Below are positions 11,971 through 24,705 of a stretch of DNA of 64,000 nt, piece by piece. A program made the translations under genes and the position numbers. Source of the stretch: Squalus acanthias (lineage: Eukaryota). The notes under the pieces were generated by a model. The model was given only the letters and a program-made list of their open reading frames with translations. It was not told the origin of the DNA and searched no databases. Location: assembly GCA_030390025.1 (NCBI GenBank), contig CM059432.1:15502001-15566000 (forward strand). Direction: 5' to 3'. The first letter of the stretch is position 1, and every line of letters starts with the position of its first letter.

Positions 11971-12614
11971 TAACAAACCGACAGTAACACCCCTTCCCAA
12001 ACAAAAAGTCATCGGAGTGAATGGATCAACTAACCTATTATCAGTCGTATCGTAAACAGAATGGCATTGTCTTAAAAAAAAACCACTGCGTTTAAAAATT
12101 CAGTTGATACACGCACACTGGGACTGAGAGCTGCTGTGCGGAGCAGCTTCTCCCGAGCACTCTGTGCAAGTCCGGGCGCTGAACTTTTCTTGGAGTTTTG
12201 CTCTTGAACAATGGGAGCGAATGCCCGCGGGCTAACAGCGCTCTCTACTGATAAGATTTAAGAATACACAGTAAGCTGATTAACAAAACCGGACAGGAAA
12301 ATCCGATCACGCAATGTGCCAAGTCTTCCCGTTTCCCATTCCTTTCGTCGAGTCTCTATTTGATACCGAAAACGTTTCGAATAGAACAACAACGACAACA
12401 ACAAAAAAAGACTCCTGTCACCAGAAGGACAACTGTCTTTTCATCAGAGCTCAGGAAGCTGATTTTGAATAATGTTTATGTTTTATGAGAGGAAATTTCT
12501 CAAATACGAGATGTAGGGGCTTACCTTTGTGAGAGACATATTTTTCTTCAATGTCCCCTCCACACACACTGAAAGAATTGAATTTTTGTAAGGGTGTCTA
12601 TGGGCACTCAGTGC

Positions 12615-13138
12615 TTTTTTTTTCCTTTTTTTTATTCGTTTATGGGATGTGGCTGTCACTGGCAAGGCCAGCATTTATTGCCCATCCCTAATTGCCCTTG
12701 AGAAGGTGGTGGTGAGCCGCCTTCTTGAACCGCTGCAGTCCGTGTGGTGAAGGTACTCCCACAGTGCTGTTAGGGAGGGAGTTCCAGGATTTTGACCCAG
12801 CGACGATGAAGGAGCGGCAATATATTTCTAAGTCAGGATGGTGTGTGACTTGGAGGGGAACTTGGAGGTGGTGGTGTTCCCATGCGCCTGCTGCCCTTGT
12901 CCTTCTAGGTGGAAGAGGTCATGGGTTTGGGAGGTGCTGTCGAAGAAGCCTTGGTGAGTTGCTGCAGTGCATCTTGTAGAGGGTACACACTGCAGCCACG
13001 GTACGCCGGTGGTGGAGGGAGGGAATGTTTAAAGTGGTGGATGGGGTGCCAATCAAGCGGGCTGCTTTGTCCTGGATGGTGTCGAGCTTCTTGAGTGTTG
13101 TTGGATCTGCACTCATCCAGACAAGTGGAGAGTATTCT
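12615..13138 (-). mobile_element. LINE family B 3' fragment
   Basis: Near identity to 4722-5230; poly(T) at about 12615-12635 on +. Confidence 0.88.
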
Positions 13139-13213
13139 AACAAGTAATGCATCCAAGTGGCCATTATTCGTGTGGGAGCCCTGGCAATGAGTGTTGGTGG
13201 GCATCACTGCCAA

Positions 13214-13995
13214 GCAGAGAGGTCAATAACCAGGGAGTATTGATTTAAAGTAATTGGTAGAAACATTAGAGGGGAGTTGGGGAGAACTTTTTTCACCCAA
13301 CAACAACAACAACTTGTATTTATATAGCGCCTTTAACGTAGTAAAACGTCACAAGGCGCTTCACAGGACTATTATAAGACAAAAAATTTGACACCGAGCC
13401 ACATAAGGAGAAATTAGGGCAGGTGACCAAAAGCTTGGTCAAAGAGGTAGGTTTTAAGGAGCGTCTTAAAGGAGGAAAGAAAGGTAGAGAGGCGGAGAGG
13501 TTTAGGCAGGGAATTCCAGAGCTTAGGGCCGAGGCAGATGAAGGCACGGCCACCAATGGTTGAACGATTATAATCAGAGATGCTCAAGAGGGCAGAATTA
13601 GAGGAGCGCAGATATCTCAGGGGGGTTGTGGGGCGGGAGGAGATTACAGAGATAGGGAGGGGCGAGGCCATGGAGGGATTTGAGAATTTTGAAATTGAGG
13701 CATTGCCAGTCCGGGAGCCAGTGTAGGTCAGCGAGCAGCAGGTCAGCAGGTCAGTAAGTCACCCAGAGGGTGGTGGGGGTCTGGAACTCACTGCCTGAAA
13801 GGGTGGTGGAGGCAGAAACCCTCATCGCATTTAAAAAGTACTTGGATATGCACTTGAAGTGCTGGAACCTACAAGGCTACGGACCAAGAGCTGGAAAGTG
13901 GGATAAGGCTGGATAGCTCTTTTTCGGCCGGGACAGACACGATGGGCTGAGTGGCCTCCTTCTGTGCCATAAATTTCTATAATTCTATGATTCTA
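13214..13995 (+). mobile_element. CR1 3' fragment interrupted by an L2 fragment
   Basis: Matches 797-1115 once 13300-13758 is removed. Confidence 0.85.
13300..13758 (-). mobile_element. L2 LINE 3' fragment
   Basis: GPKLWNSLP..FKTLLKTYLF; (TTG)n tail; TSD TCACCCA at 13293-13299 and 13759-13765. Confidence 0.88.
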
Positions 13996-14142
13996 TAAGC
14001 CTGATCCTGCCCTCGTCCTATGTTTGCAAACACATACATTCGACAGAACTCGCTGGATGGCAATCAGTAGCAGTAAATCTGTCCGATGTTCCTCTCCAAA
14101 TCTAGGAGAGCAGAAGTTAATTGTAGTACTCCTACCTTAGAT

Positions 14143-14607
14143 GCCCGCTTTGGCTCAGTGGGCAGCACTCTTGCCTCTGAGTCAGAAGGTTGTGGATTCA
14201 AGTCCCACTCCAGAGACTTGAGCACATAATCCAGACTTGACACTTCAGTGGAATAATGAGGGAGTGCTGCACGCTTAGAGATGCTGTCTTTCAGGGGAGA
14301 CGTTAAACCAAGGTCCTGTCGTCCCTCTTGAGTGGACATGAAAGATCCCATGGCACTATTTCGAAGAAGAGCAGCGGAGTTCTCCCCGGTGTATCTGGAC
14401 AATATTTATCCTTCAACTAACACCACTAAAAACAGATTATCTGGTCATTGCTGTTTGTGGGAGCTTGCTGTGCGCTAATCGGCTGCTGTGTTTCCTACAT
14501 CACAACAGTGACTACCCTTCAAAAAGTACTTCATTGACTGTAAAGTGCTTTGGGACGTCCTGAGGGTTGTGAAAGGCGCTATAGAAATACAAGGGCTTTC
14601 TTTCTTT
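14143..14607 (+). mobile_element. Deu-type tRNA SINE, full length
   Basis: A box TGGCTCAGTGG, B box GATTCAAGTCC, same body and tail as 1620-2080. Confidence 0.8.
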
Positions 14608-15028
14608 ATGACTACCTCAGCACAGACTGGGGAATTGAAACTGGGACCTTGGTACAGCTAATCAATGGATAAATATGCAGCGATATTGGAGAGTTGTGAA
14701 GAGTGCATTTTTCTATTTTTATGTGTTACAGAACATGAGCATAACATTTGAGATGAGCAATTAATCTAATTGCATTTATTCCTGAGCAGAGATTATGATT
14801 AGTCATCAAAAATACCTTAATTACCCAATTTGCTTTGTTACAAAGTAACATCTATGATATAATAATTAACGACGCGAGTACACTGCAGATACTACTCTCA
14901 GACTAGTAGCAATGCAAAGCCAGCACACTTAAATTACGGGGTCCATGATGCTTTGTGCAGTGTCTAGTGATGATGGCTTCAATTTTAATGTTAGGAAAGA
15001 AATAACTTGCATTTATATAGCACCTTTC

Positions 15029-18000
15029 AACAACAACAACAACTTGTATTTATATAGCACCTTTAAAGTCGCAAAACGTCCCAAGACGCTTCACAGGAGC
15101 GTTATAAAACAAAATTTGACACCGAGCCACTTAAGGGGAAATTAGGGCAGGTGACCAAAAGCTTGGTCAAAGAGGTAGGTTTTAAGGACCGTCTTAAATG
15201 AGGAAAGAGAGGGAGAGAGGGGGAGAGGTTTAGGGAGGGAATTCCTGAGCTTAGGGCCTAGGCAACAGAAGGCACGGCCACCAATGGTTGAGCAATCAAG
15301 ATAAGGGATGCTCAAGAGGCCAGAATTAGAGGAGCGCAGATATCTCGGAGGGTTGTGGGGCTGGAGGAGATTACAGAGAGGGGGAGGGGCGAGGCCATGG
15401 AGGGATTTGAAAACAAGGATGAGAATTTTAAAATCGAGCTGTTGGTTAACCGGGAGCCAATATAGGTCAGCGAGCACAGGGGTGATGGGTGAACGGGACT
15501 TGGTGCGAGTTAGGACACGGGCAGCCGAGTTTTGGATGACCTCAAGTTTATGTAGGGTAGAACGTGGGAGGCCAGCCAGGAGTGCATTGGAATAGTCAAG
15601 TCTAGAGGTAACAAAGGCATGGATGAGGGTTTCAGCAGCGGATGAGCTGAGGCAGAGGCAGAGACGGGCGATGTTACGGAGACGGAAGTAGGCGGTCTTT
15701 GTTATGCTGCGGATATGTGGTCGGAAGCTCATTTCAGGGTCAAATATGACACCAAGGTTGCGAACAGTCTGGTTCAGCCTCAGACTGATGTTAGGGAGAG
15801 GGATAGAGTCAGTGGCTAGGGAACGGAGTTTGTGGCGGGGACTGAAAACAACGGCTTCGGTCTTCCCAATATTTAGTTGGAGGAAATTTCTGTTCATCCA
15901 GTACTGGATGTCAGACAAACACTTTAGAGACAGTGGAGGGGTCAAAAGAAGTGGTGGTGAGGTAGAGCTGGGTGTTGTCAGCGTACATCTGGAAATTGGC
16001 GCTGTGTTTTTGGATGATGTCGCCGAGAGGCAGCATGTAGATGAGAAATAGGAGGGGGCCAAGGATAGATCCTTGGGGGACACCAGAGGTAATGATGGAG
16101 TGGGAAGAGAAGTCATTGCAGGTGATTCTCTGGCCACAATTAGTTAGATAAGAATGGAACCAGGCGAGTGCAGTCTCACCCAGCGGGACGATGGTGGAGA
16201 GGCGTTGGAGAAAGATAGAGTGGTCAACCATGTCAACGGTTGCAGACAGGTCAAGAATGACAAGGAGGAACAGTTTACCTTTGTCACAGTCACAAAAGAT
16301 GTCATTTCTGACTTTCATAAGAGCCGTTTCGGTACTGTGGCAGGGGCGGAAGCCTGATTGGAGGGATTCTAACATGGAGTTCCTTGAAAGCTGGCCACGG
16401 ATTTGGGAGACGACAATACATTCAAGGACTTTGGAGAGGAAAAGGAGGTTGGAGATGGGGCAGTAGTTTGCAATCAGTTGGGTCAAGGGTTGGTTTTTTG
16501 AAGAGAGTGGTGATGATGGCAGATTTGAGGGAGAGGGGGACAGTACATGAGGAGAGAGAACCTTTAACAATGTCGGCTAATGTGGAAGCCAGAAGTGGAA
16601 GTGGGTGGTCAGCAGTTCAGTGGGAATAGGGTCGAGGGAGCAGGAAGTGGGTCTCATAGACAAGATGAGCGCATAGAGGGCATGCGGGGAGATCGGAGAG
16701 AAACTGGAGAAAGAAGCGAGTTCAGGGCTAGAGCAGGGGGGAACCTTAGAGAAGTTTGGCCTTGGAGAAGGAAGGGAAGTGGCAGAGGCAGCCTATTGGA
16801 TGGTCTCCATCTTAGCGACAAAGAAGTCTATGAGCTCCTCGCACTTGTTGTTGGAGGTGAGGGTGGAGGAGACAGGGGAGAGGGGTTTCAGAAGCCGGGT
16901 GTTATCTTTGCATTCCAGAATGATCCTGGAATTGTGAACAGTTTTGGCAGACGAGAGCAGGACCCGATAATATTTATGTGGTCCAGCCAGATCTGGCAGT
17001 GAATGGCTAAACCAGTTGTCTGCCATATCCGTTGAAGTCTGCATCCCTTGGACTTAAGGGAGTGAAGATGAGGGCTGTACCAGGGGGAATGACCAGGGTG
17101 AGAGAAAGTAATGGTATTAATAGGGACTAAGGCATCAAAAGTGGTGTTGAGGTTTGTGTCTTAATGCGAGGAGCATTCGTAATAAGGTGGATGAATTAGC
17201 TGCGCAAATAGATGTAAATGCATATGATATAATTGGGATTACGGAGACATGGCTCCAGGGTGACCAAGGCTGGGAATTCAACATCCAGGGGTATTCAATA
17301 TTCAGGAAGGACAGGCAAAAAGGAAAAGGAGGTGGGGTAGCATTGCTGGTTAAAGAGGAGATTAACACAATAGTAAGGAAGGATATTAGCTCTGATGATG
17401 TGGAATCTGTATGGGTAGAGCTGAGAAATACCAAGGGGCAGAAAACGTTAGTGGGAGTTGTATACAGACCCCCCAAACAGTAATGCTGAGGTTGGGGATG
17501 GCATTAAACGGGAAATTAGAGATGCATGCAATAAGGGCACAGCAGTTATCATGGGTGACTTTAATCTACATATAGATTGGGCTAACCAAGTTAGTAACAA
17601 TACTGTGGAGGAGGAATTCCTAGAGTGTATACGGGATGGTTTCCTGGACCAATATGTCGAGGAACCAACTAGAGATCAGGCCATCTTAGACTGGGTATTA
17701 TGTAATGAGAAAGGATTAATTAGCAATCATGTTGTGCGAGGCCCCTGGGGAGGAGCGATCATAATATGATAGAATTCTTCATTAAGATGGAGAGTGAAGT
17801 AGTTGACTCAGAGACTAGGGTCCTGAATTTAAATAAAAGAAACTACGATGGTATGAGGCGCGAGTTGGCTAGGATGGTTTGGGGAGCGTTACTTAAAGGG
17901 TTGACGGTGGATAGGCAAAGGCAAACATTTAAAGATCACATGGATGAACTCCAGAATTTGTTCATCCCTGTTTGGCATAAAAATAAAACAAAAAAGGTGA

Positions 18001-20087
18001 CTCAACCGTGGCTAACAAGGGAAATTAGGGATAGCATAAGATCCAAGGAGAGGACATATAAATTGGCCAGAAAAAGCAGCAAACCTGAGGATTGGGAGCA
18101 GTTTAGGATTCAGCAAAGGAGGACAAAGGGATTAATTAAGAGGGGGAAAATAGAATATGAGAGTAAGCTTGCAGGGAACATGAAAACTGACTGTAAAAGC
18201 TTCTATAGATATGTGAAGAGAAAAAGATTAGTGAAGTCAAGCGTAGGTCCCTTGCAGTCAGAATCAGGGGAATTTATAATGGGGAACAAAGAAATGGCAG
18301 ACCAATTAAATACATACTTTGGTTCTGTCTTCTCAAAGGAGGACACAAATAACCTCCCAGAGATGTCGGGGAACATAGGTTCTAATGAGAGGGAGGAACT
18401 GAATGAAATCAGTATTTGTAGGGAAATGGTGTTAGGGAAATTGATGGGATTGAAGGCCAATAAATCCCCAGGACCTGATAATCTACATCCTAGGGTACTT
18501 AAGGAAGTGGCCCTAGAAATAATAGATGCATTGCTGGTCATCTTCCAAAATTCTATGGACTCTGGAACAGTTCCCATGGATTGGAGGATAGCTAATGTAA
18601 CCCCACTATTTAAAAAAGGTGGTAGAGAGAAAACGGGGAATTATAGACCGGTAAGCCTGACGTCGGTAGTGGGCAAAATGCTAGAGTCCATTATAAAAGA
18701 TGTAATAGCAGAGCACTTGGAAAACAGTGACAGGATCGGACAAAGTCAACATGGATTTACAAAAGGTAAATCATGCTTGACTAATCTACTGGAATCTTTT
18801 GAGGATGTAACTGGTAGAATAGATAAGGGTGAATCAGTGGATGTGGTGTATTTGGACTTTCAGAAGGCTTTTGATAAGGTCCCGCATAAGAGATTAGCGT
18901 GCAACGTTAAAGCACATGGGATTGGGGGTAAGGTACTGTCTTGGATAGAGAACTGGTTGGCAGACAGGAAGCAAAGAGTTGGAATAAACGGGTCTTTTTC
19001 CGAGTGGCGGGCAGTGACTAGTGGGGTACCGCAGGGATCGGTGCTAGGACACCAGCTATTCTCAATATATATTAATGTGGATAAATGTGAGGTTATCCAC
19101 TTTGCTGGCAAAAACAGGAAGACAGATTATTATCTGAACGGCAATAGATTGGGAGAAGGGGAAGTGCAACGAGACCTGGGTGTCCTTGTGCACCAGTCGC
19201 TGAAGATAAGCATGCAGGTGCAGCAGGCGGTTAAGAAGGCAAATGGTATGTTGGCCTTCATAGCGAGAGGATTCGAGTACAGGAGCAAAGATGTCTTGCT
19301 GCAGTTGTACAGGGCCTTGGTGAGACCACACCTTGAGTATTGTGTGCAGTTTTGGTCGCCTTATCGAGAAAGGATGTTCTTGCCATGGAGGGAGTGCAGT
19401 GAAGATTCACCAGACTGATACCTGGGATGGCAGGAATGACGTATGAAGAGGGATTGGGTCAATTAGGCTTATATTCGCTAGAGTTTAGAAGAATGAGAGG
19501 GGATCTCATTGAAACTTATAAAATTCTAACAGGACTAGACAGACTAGATGCAGGAAGGATGTTCCCGATGGCGGGGGAGTCCAGAACCAGGGGTCACAGT
19601 CTAAGGATAAGGGGTAAGCCATTTAGGACTGAGATGAGGAGGAATTTCTTCACCCAGAGAGTGGTGAACCTGTGGAATTCTCTACCACAGAAGGCAGTTG
19701 AGGCCAACTCATTAAATATATTCAAGAAGGAGTTAGATATAGTTCTTAAGGCTAAAGGGATCAAGGGATATGGGGAGAAAGCAGGGACAGGGTACTGAGT
19801 TTGGATGATCAGCCATGATCTCATTAAATGGCGAAACAGGCTCGAGGGGCCGAAAGGCCTACTCCTCCTCCTATCTTCTATGTTTCTATGAGGGTGTTGT
19901 TGAGCAGATTGGTAGCTGCAGAAATGTCGTGAATAGAGGGCCAAAGGCTGGACAGTTGGGATTTCGTAAATTTAGTTGTGAGTTGGGGGAGTTTTTTCCA
20001 GGAGCGGACACAGAAGGAAGTAGGGTTTATGGGACGAAAGGGGGATGTGGGTGGAGAGCGATACAAGGAAGTGGTCAGAGATGGCCA
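15029..20087 (-). mobile_element. L2 LINE (end of APE through RT to 3' tail), interrupted by CR1 at 17153-19889
   Basis: QSGFRPCHSTETAL, LDLSA, GVPQGSILGP, YADNTQLY, SRLDYSN. L2 coding resumes at 19890-20087 (AISDHFLV..LLNNTL), joining TFDALVP at about 17140. (TTG)n tail. Confidence 0.9.
17153..19889 (+). mobile_element. CR1 LINE ORF2 (APE+RT), with internal deletion and frameshifts
   Basis: [52 protein letters not shown]; 3' tail TTCTATGTTTCTATG. Confidence 0.95.
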
Positions 20088-20094
20088 TATCTGT

Positions 20095-20412
20095 GATTGA
20101 CGACCATATGATGTCCCATAACTCTCCACAACCAATAAATTATTTTGAAGTGTAGTCACTGTTGTAATGTAGGTGACAATTTGCGCACAGCAAAACCCGC
20201 AAACAGCAACAAGATAAATGACCAAATAATCTGTTTTACTTAAGAGGCAATCAACAACTCAATGTAACATCTCATATGAAAGGCAGCACCTCTAACAGTG
20301 CAGCACTGGACTGAACTGTCAGCTAAGATTATATGCTCAATTCTCAGGCGTGGTGCTTGAACCCATGACCTTCATGACTCAGAGGTGAAAGTACTACCAC
20401 TGAGCCAAGGCT
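20095..20412 (-). mobile_element. Deu-type SINE, degenerate
   Basis: Reverse complement of the SINE head (CCACTGAGCCA, CTTGAACCC) and tail. Confidence 0.7.
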
Positions 20413-20619
20413 GATTAAGACCAACCGTGAGCTTGTTCTAACCAAATATCTATTTGCACACTTTCCAGCAATGATCACTGGAAATCATTCATGAGTGGGA
20501 ACCTTGGCTGATTTCCCTCAGTTGGCGAGGGGTACTGAGATAAATTGTCATGATGGGATCAGCCAGTTCAGCAGAGACTGAGACCTTCCTGGCCCCTATG
20601 GCTCAGTTTTATACACTAT

Positions 20620-21512
20620 GGGGGAAAAATTCAGTTGGTTGCGCCTCCCGTTAGCGCCTTAATAGGGCGCTAATGGGGCGCAAAGCATCTAGCGCCCAGG
20701 CGCGGCGAAGTTTGCGCCGCTCGCGAAATTAACTAGACATTTTGCGGCGGCGCTAAACACTACCGCCACGATCTCCTGCGCCGGCAGATCGTGACGTCAG
20801 TCGAGTGCGCAATGCCCCAGTATCGCCCCGGAGCGGATATTGAGTGGCGCCCCCTGCCTTACCGCCTGACGCTAGCAACGACAGGTTGAGGGGAGCGTTC
20901 TGCAGTCATGAAGGGAAAGGGGGAGCGCTATTTAAAGGTGACCGCTTCCTGCCTTTTATTGTTGGTGCCATTTTTGAACTACGCATTCTGAGCGAGAGAG
21001 AGAGAGACTTCTGGAGAGATTCAACGTTGTGTGAAGGAGTTTTGGGTACTGAGCAGCACTTTGCAGGTTCATTTTGATTTGCCATTCCTTGTATCGATTT
21101 AGAAGAGACTGTGGGGGCTGCACTCTGAGCTCTTTGCCTGGTACTCTCCATTGATCTTTCCAGCAGATTTGATGTGCAGGTCTCTCCAGGCCGAGATTCA
21201 AGGCTGCAATGAGCAGGATGTGGATGGAAAGCAAGATTAACCATCCCCTTTAAGAACTGGCCCGTGTCATTGTGTGTGTGTTCCATTGTTGACTGACATT
21301 ACATGAGCTTCGCCAGCGCTCTGAGGTAGCGCCTCGCTCCTCGGCCTTTGCGCCTTAAGACAGGTGTGAAGCTCCTGATTTAGCGCTCCAATCACCTCCA
21401 GGGGCGATAAAAGTCAAGTTTGCAGTCGGTGGCGATAATTAGCGCCAGGCGCTAATCTTTGCGCCCGGCCGATAATTGCTCCCCAAATGGGGCGATACTG
21501 AATTTCTTCCCC
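20620..21512 (+). mobile_element. Non-autonomous Harbinger element
   Basis: TIRs GGGGGAAAAATTCAGT / ACTGAATTTCTTCCCC (14/16), TAT on both flanks; left arm homologous to the transposase-bearing copy ending at 28147. Confidence 0.8.
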
Positions 21513-21902
21513 TATTTACCAACTGAACCATCAGAGCATCTTGTAATTACTATGCAAGCAAAATTGTATCATCTAAAATTACCACAACAAAATGAAAACT
21601 GTTTTGTAAGTTGGTTGTTGCCCAGAACTGAAGTAGAACATAAACTATGTAGAATGGGTTTAAATGCTGTCCGAAAGTACTTTTCTGTATTTCTTTTCGA
21701 GTGCTTATCATTTATTATTAATGGTCACCACTTCTCTAGCATGCTTCATCTTATTTACACAGCGCCTCAAACATTGAACTACAGATCACACTAGTAATTT
21801 GTACTCTACTTTGTTACCTTCAGTTCTGCAGCAAGCAACATTTAGAAAACCTGAGAAAAACACAGAATATTACACCACAATAACCATTCTGTTTAACATT
21901 AT

Positions 21903-22607
21903 GGGGGAAAAATTCAGTTGCTTTACGCTTCCCGTTAGTGCCCTATGAGGGCGCCAACGGGGCGCAAAGCAACCAGCGCCCGGGCGCGGCGCTGCCAACT
22001 CCTCCTGCCAAATTCAGCGGGAAGTTAACGGCGGTGCTAACCATTAGCGCCCCACGGCGCTGCGCCGCCAGCGATGACGTCATCGCCGTGTGCAGCGCCC
22101 CGCTCGCACCCCGGCCGCGGTCTTCGGTAGCGCCCCCTGACTTACCGCCGGACGCCGGGGGCGGCGCTATTTTAAAGGCGAGGTGCCGGGCGGCCATTTT
22201 TGTTGCTAGCCGCCTGCCAGCACCTGCCTCCGCTCCCGTCCCCGGCCTCCTTACCCGCTCCCACCACCCCCGCGGACTGCCGGCTGCGCTCCGTGAGCCC
22301 AGCACTTCTCTTGAGTGCCGGGCTCTTTCGACAGCACTCCCGATCCCCGGGGGCCCAGATGGGCCCCGGGTCGCGCTGCGCAAGGTCTCTCCCCTTTAAG
22401 AAGGGGAGGAAGGCCTTCAATACCGCGGCGCGATGTGCCGCGATATTCCCTCGCAATGCCCCAAGAGGGAGGCGGGGCACCCCGCTTCCCTCTTGGGGCA
22501 CTATCACTCAATTTCGGTCGCGGGGGGCACTAATTTTTCCGGGTGCGCTAAAAGTAGCGTCCCGGTGAAGTTAGCGCCCCAAGGGGGCGCGACTCAATTT
22601 TTCGCCC
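21903..22607 (+). mobile_element. Non-autonomous Harbinger element (same terminal family)
   Basis: TIRs GGGGGAAAAATTCAGTT / GACTCAATTTTTCGCCC (14/17); GC-rich interior; TSD ambiguous. Confidence 0.75.
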
Positions 22608-22994
22608 ATATGTTTTATGAGGTTTTTTTCACCTTACACTTTCTGTTGTTCTCTCCCAAAGGCACCGTCTCAAACTGAGATACAGTCTATGAGTGTCAGC
22701 AGCCCGAGGGTACCTTGGTCAATTAGCAATTGTTCAGGAGTGAGCCTGAAGAATGTGCATCTGCAGATTATTTGGCCGTGGGAACCATCACAACTGACTT
22801 CAGTCCTGTTCTCACCTGTCCTCCATACTCGCACACTTTACAGCTGGGGACACTGGATCGTGATCAAAAGCAGCTAATTTTTCCTTTACCGAAGTGCCTC
22901 CTGGTTTCAATTGCCCAACTATAAACTAGGCATAAAAACAGAAAATGCTGGAAATACTCAGCAGGTCAGGCAGTATCTGTGGAGAGAGAAACAA

Positions 22995-23031
22995 AGTTAA
23001 CGTTTCAGGTCGATGACCCTTCATCAGGACT
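22995..23031 (-). ncRNA. Minimal hammerhead motif (Penelope family B)
   Basis: On the minus strand: AGTC-CTGATGA-A-GGGTC ATC GACCT-GAAA-CGTT-AACT. Confidence 0.68.
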
Positions 23032-24531
23032 GGAAAAAGTTGGAGATGGTACAGGTTTTTAAGCAAGTGTAGGGGCAGGGAAAGGGAGAAGGGGAGGAAA
23101 GAACAAAAGGGAAGGTCTGTGATAGGATGGAAGGCAGGAGAGATTAAGAGACAAAAGGGATGATGGTGCAAGGCAGAAGGAGATAGTAATGGGACAAGTT
23201 AAGAAACAAAAGATGACTCGAGATGAAGTGTAAATGGCAATGGCAGAATGAAAGACAGCTGCCATGTGAGAGAGAGAAAAAAAAATGATAGAGGCAGAGG
23301 TTATGGTCTGAAATTGTTGAGCTCGATGTTGAGTCCAGAAGGCTGTAAAGTGCCTAATCGAAAGATGAGGTGCTGTTCCTCGAGCTTACGTTGAGCTACA
23401 TTGGAACAGTGTAAGAGGCCGAGGACGGTGAGGTCAGAGTGGGAGTGGAGCGGAGAATTAAAGTGACAGGCGACCGGAAGCTTGACGTCACGCTTACAGA
23501 CTGAACGGAGGTGTTCCGCAAAGCGATCACCCGATCTGCGTTTGGTCTCCCCAATGTAGAGGAGACTGCATCGTGAGCAGCGAACACAGTAAAATAAATT
23601 GCAAGAAGTACAAGTAAATTGCTGTTTCACCTGGAAGGAGTGTTTGGGGCCCTGGACTGTGGGAAGGGAGGAGGTAAAAGGACAGGTGTTGCATCTCCTG
23701 CGCTTGCACGGGAAGGTGCCGGGCGAAGGGGAAGGGGTGTTGGGGGTGATAGAGGAGTGGACCAGGGTGTCGCGGAGGTAGCGGTCCCTTTGGAATGCTG
23801 AAAGGGGAGGTGAGGGGAAGATGTGTTTGGTGGTGGGATCACGCTGGAGGTGGCGAAAATGGCGGAGGATGATCCGTTGAATGTGGAGGCTGGTGGGGTA
23901 AAAGGTGAGGACAAGGGGAACCCTATCATGGTTCCGGGAGGGAGGGGAAGGGGCGAGAGCAGAAGTGCGGGAAATAGAACAGACACGGTCAAGGGGCGTG
24001 TCAACCACGGTAGAGGGGAATCCTCGGTTGAGGAAAAAGGAAGACATGTCGGAAGCACTAGTATGGAAGGTTGCATCGTTAGAGCAGATGCGGTGGAGAC
24101 GGAGAAACTGGGAGAATGGAATAGAGTCCTTACAGGAAGTGGGGTGGGAGGAAGTGTAGTCCAGGTAGCTGTGGGAGTCAGTGGGCTTGTAGTGAATGTT
24201 TGTCAACAGTCTATCCCCAGAGATGGAGACAGAGAAGTCGAGGAAGGGAAGGGAAGAATTGAAGATGGACTATGTGAAGGTGAGGGAAGGGTGGAAATTG
24301 GAAGCAAAGTGAATGAAATTTTCTAGTTCAGGGCGAGAGCAGGAAACGGCACTGATACAGTCAACAATGTACTGGAAAAAGAGGTGAGGGAGGGGACCTG
24401 AGTAGAACTGGAACAAAGAATGTTCCACATATCCCTCGAAAAGGCAGGCATAGCTAGGACCCATGCGGGTTCCCATAGCAACATCTTTAATCTGGAGGAA
24501 GTGAGTGCAGTCAAAGGAGAAGTTGTTCAAT

Positions 24532-24645
24532 GTGGGGAGCGGGCAGGGAAGTGGCTTTGAGTCCAAGATCAGCCATGATCTTATTGAATGGTGGAGCAGG
24601 CTCGAGGGGCCAAGTGGCCTACTCCTGCTCCTATTTCTTATGTAA
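24532..24645 (+). mobile_element. CR1 3' tail fragment inside the Penelope RT
   Basis: GATCAGCCATGATC..GGCTCGAGGGGC..CCTACTCCTGCTCCTATTTCTTATG. Confidence 0.8.
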
Positions 24646-24705
24646 TATGAGAACAAGTTCAGCTAGGCGGAGGAGGGCGGTGGTGGATGGGGACTGGTTG
24701 GGCCT

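Noticed and set aside
21938..22678. Multiple overlapping GC-rich ORFs / CpG-island gene
   Set aside because: They lie within a TIR-bounded non-autonomous element; open frames are explained by GC content.
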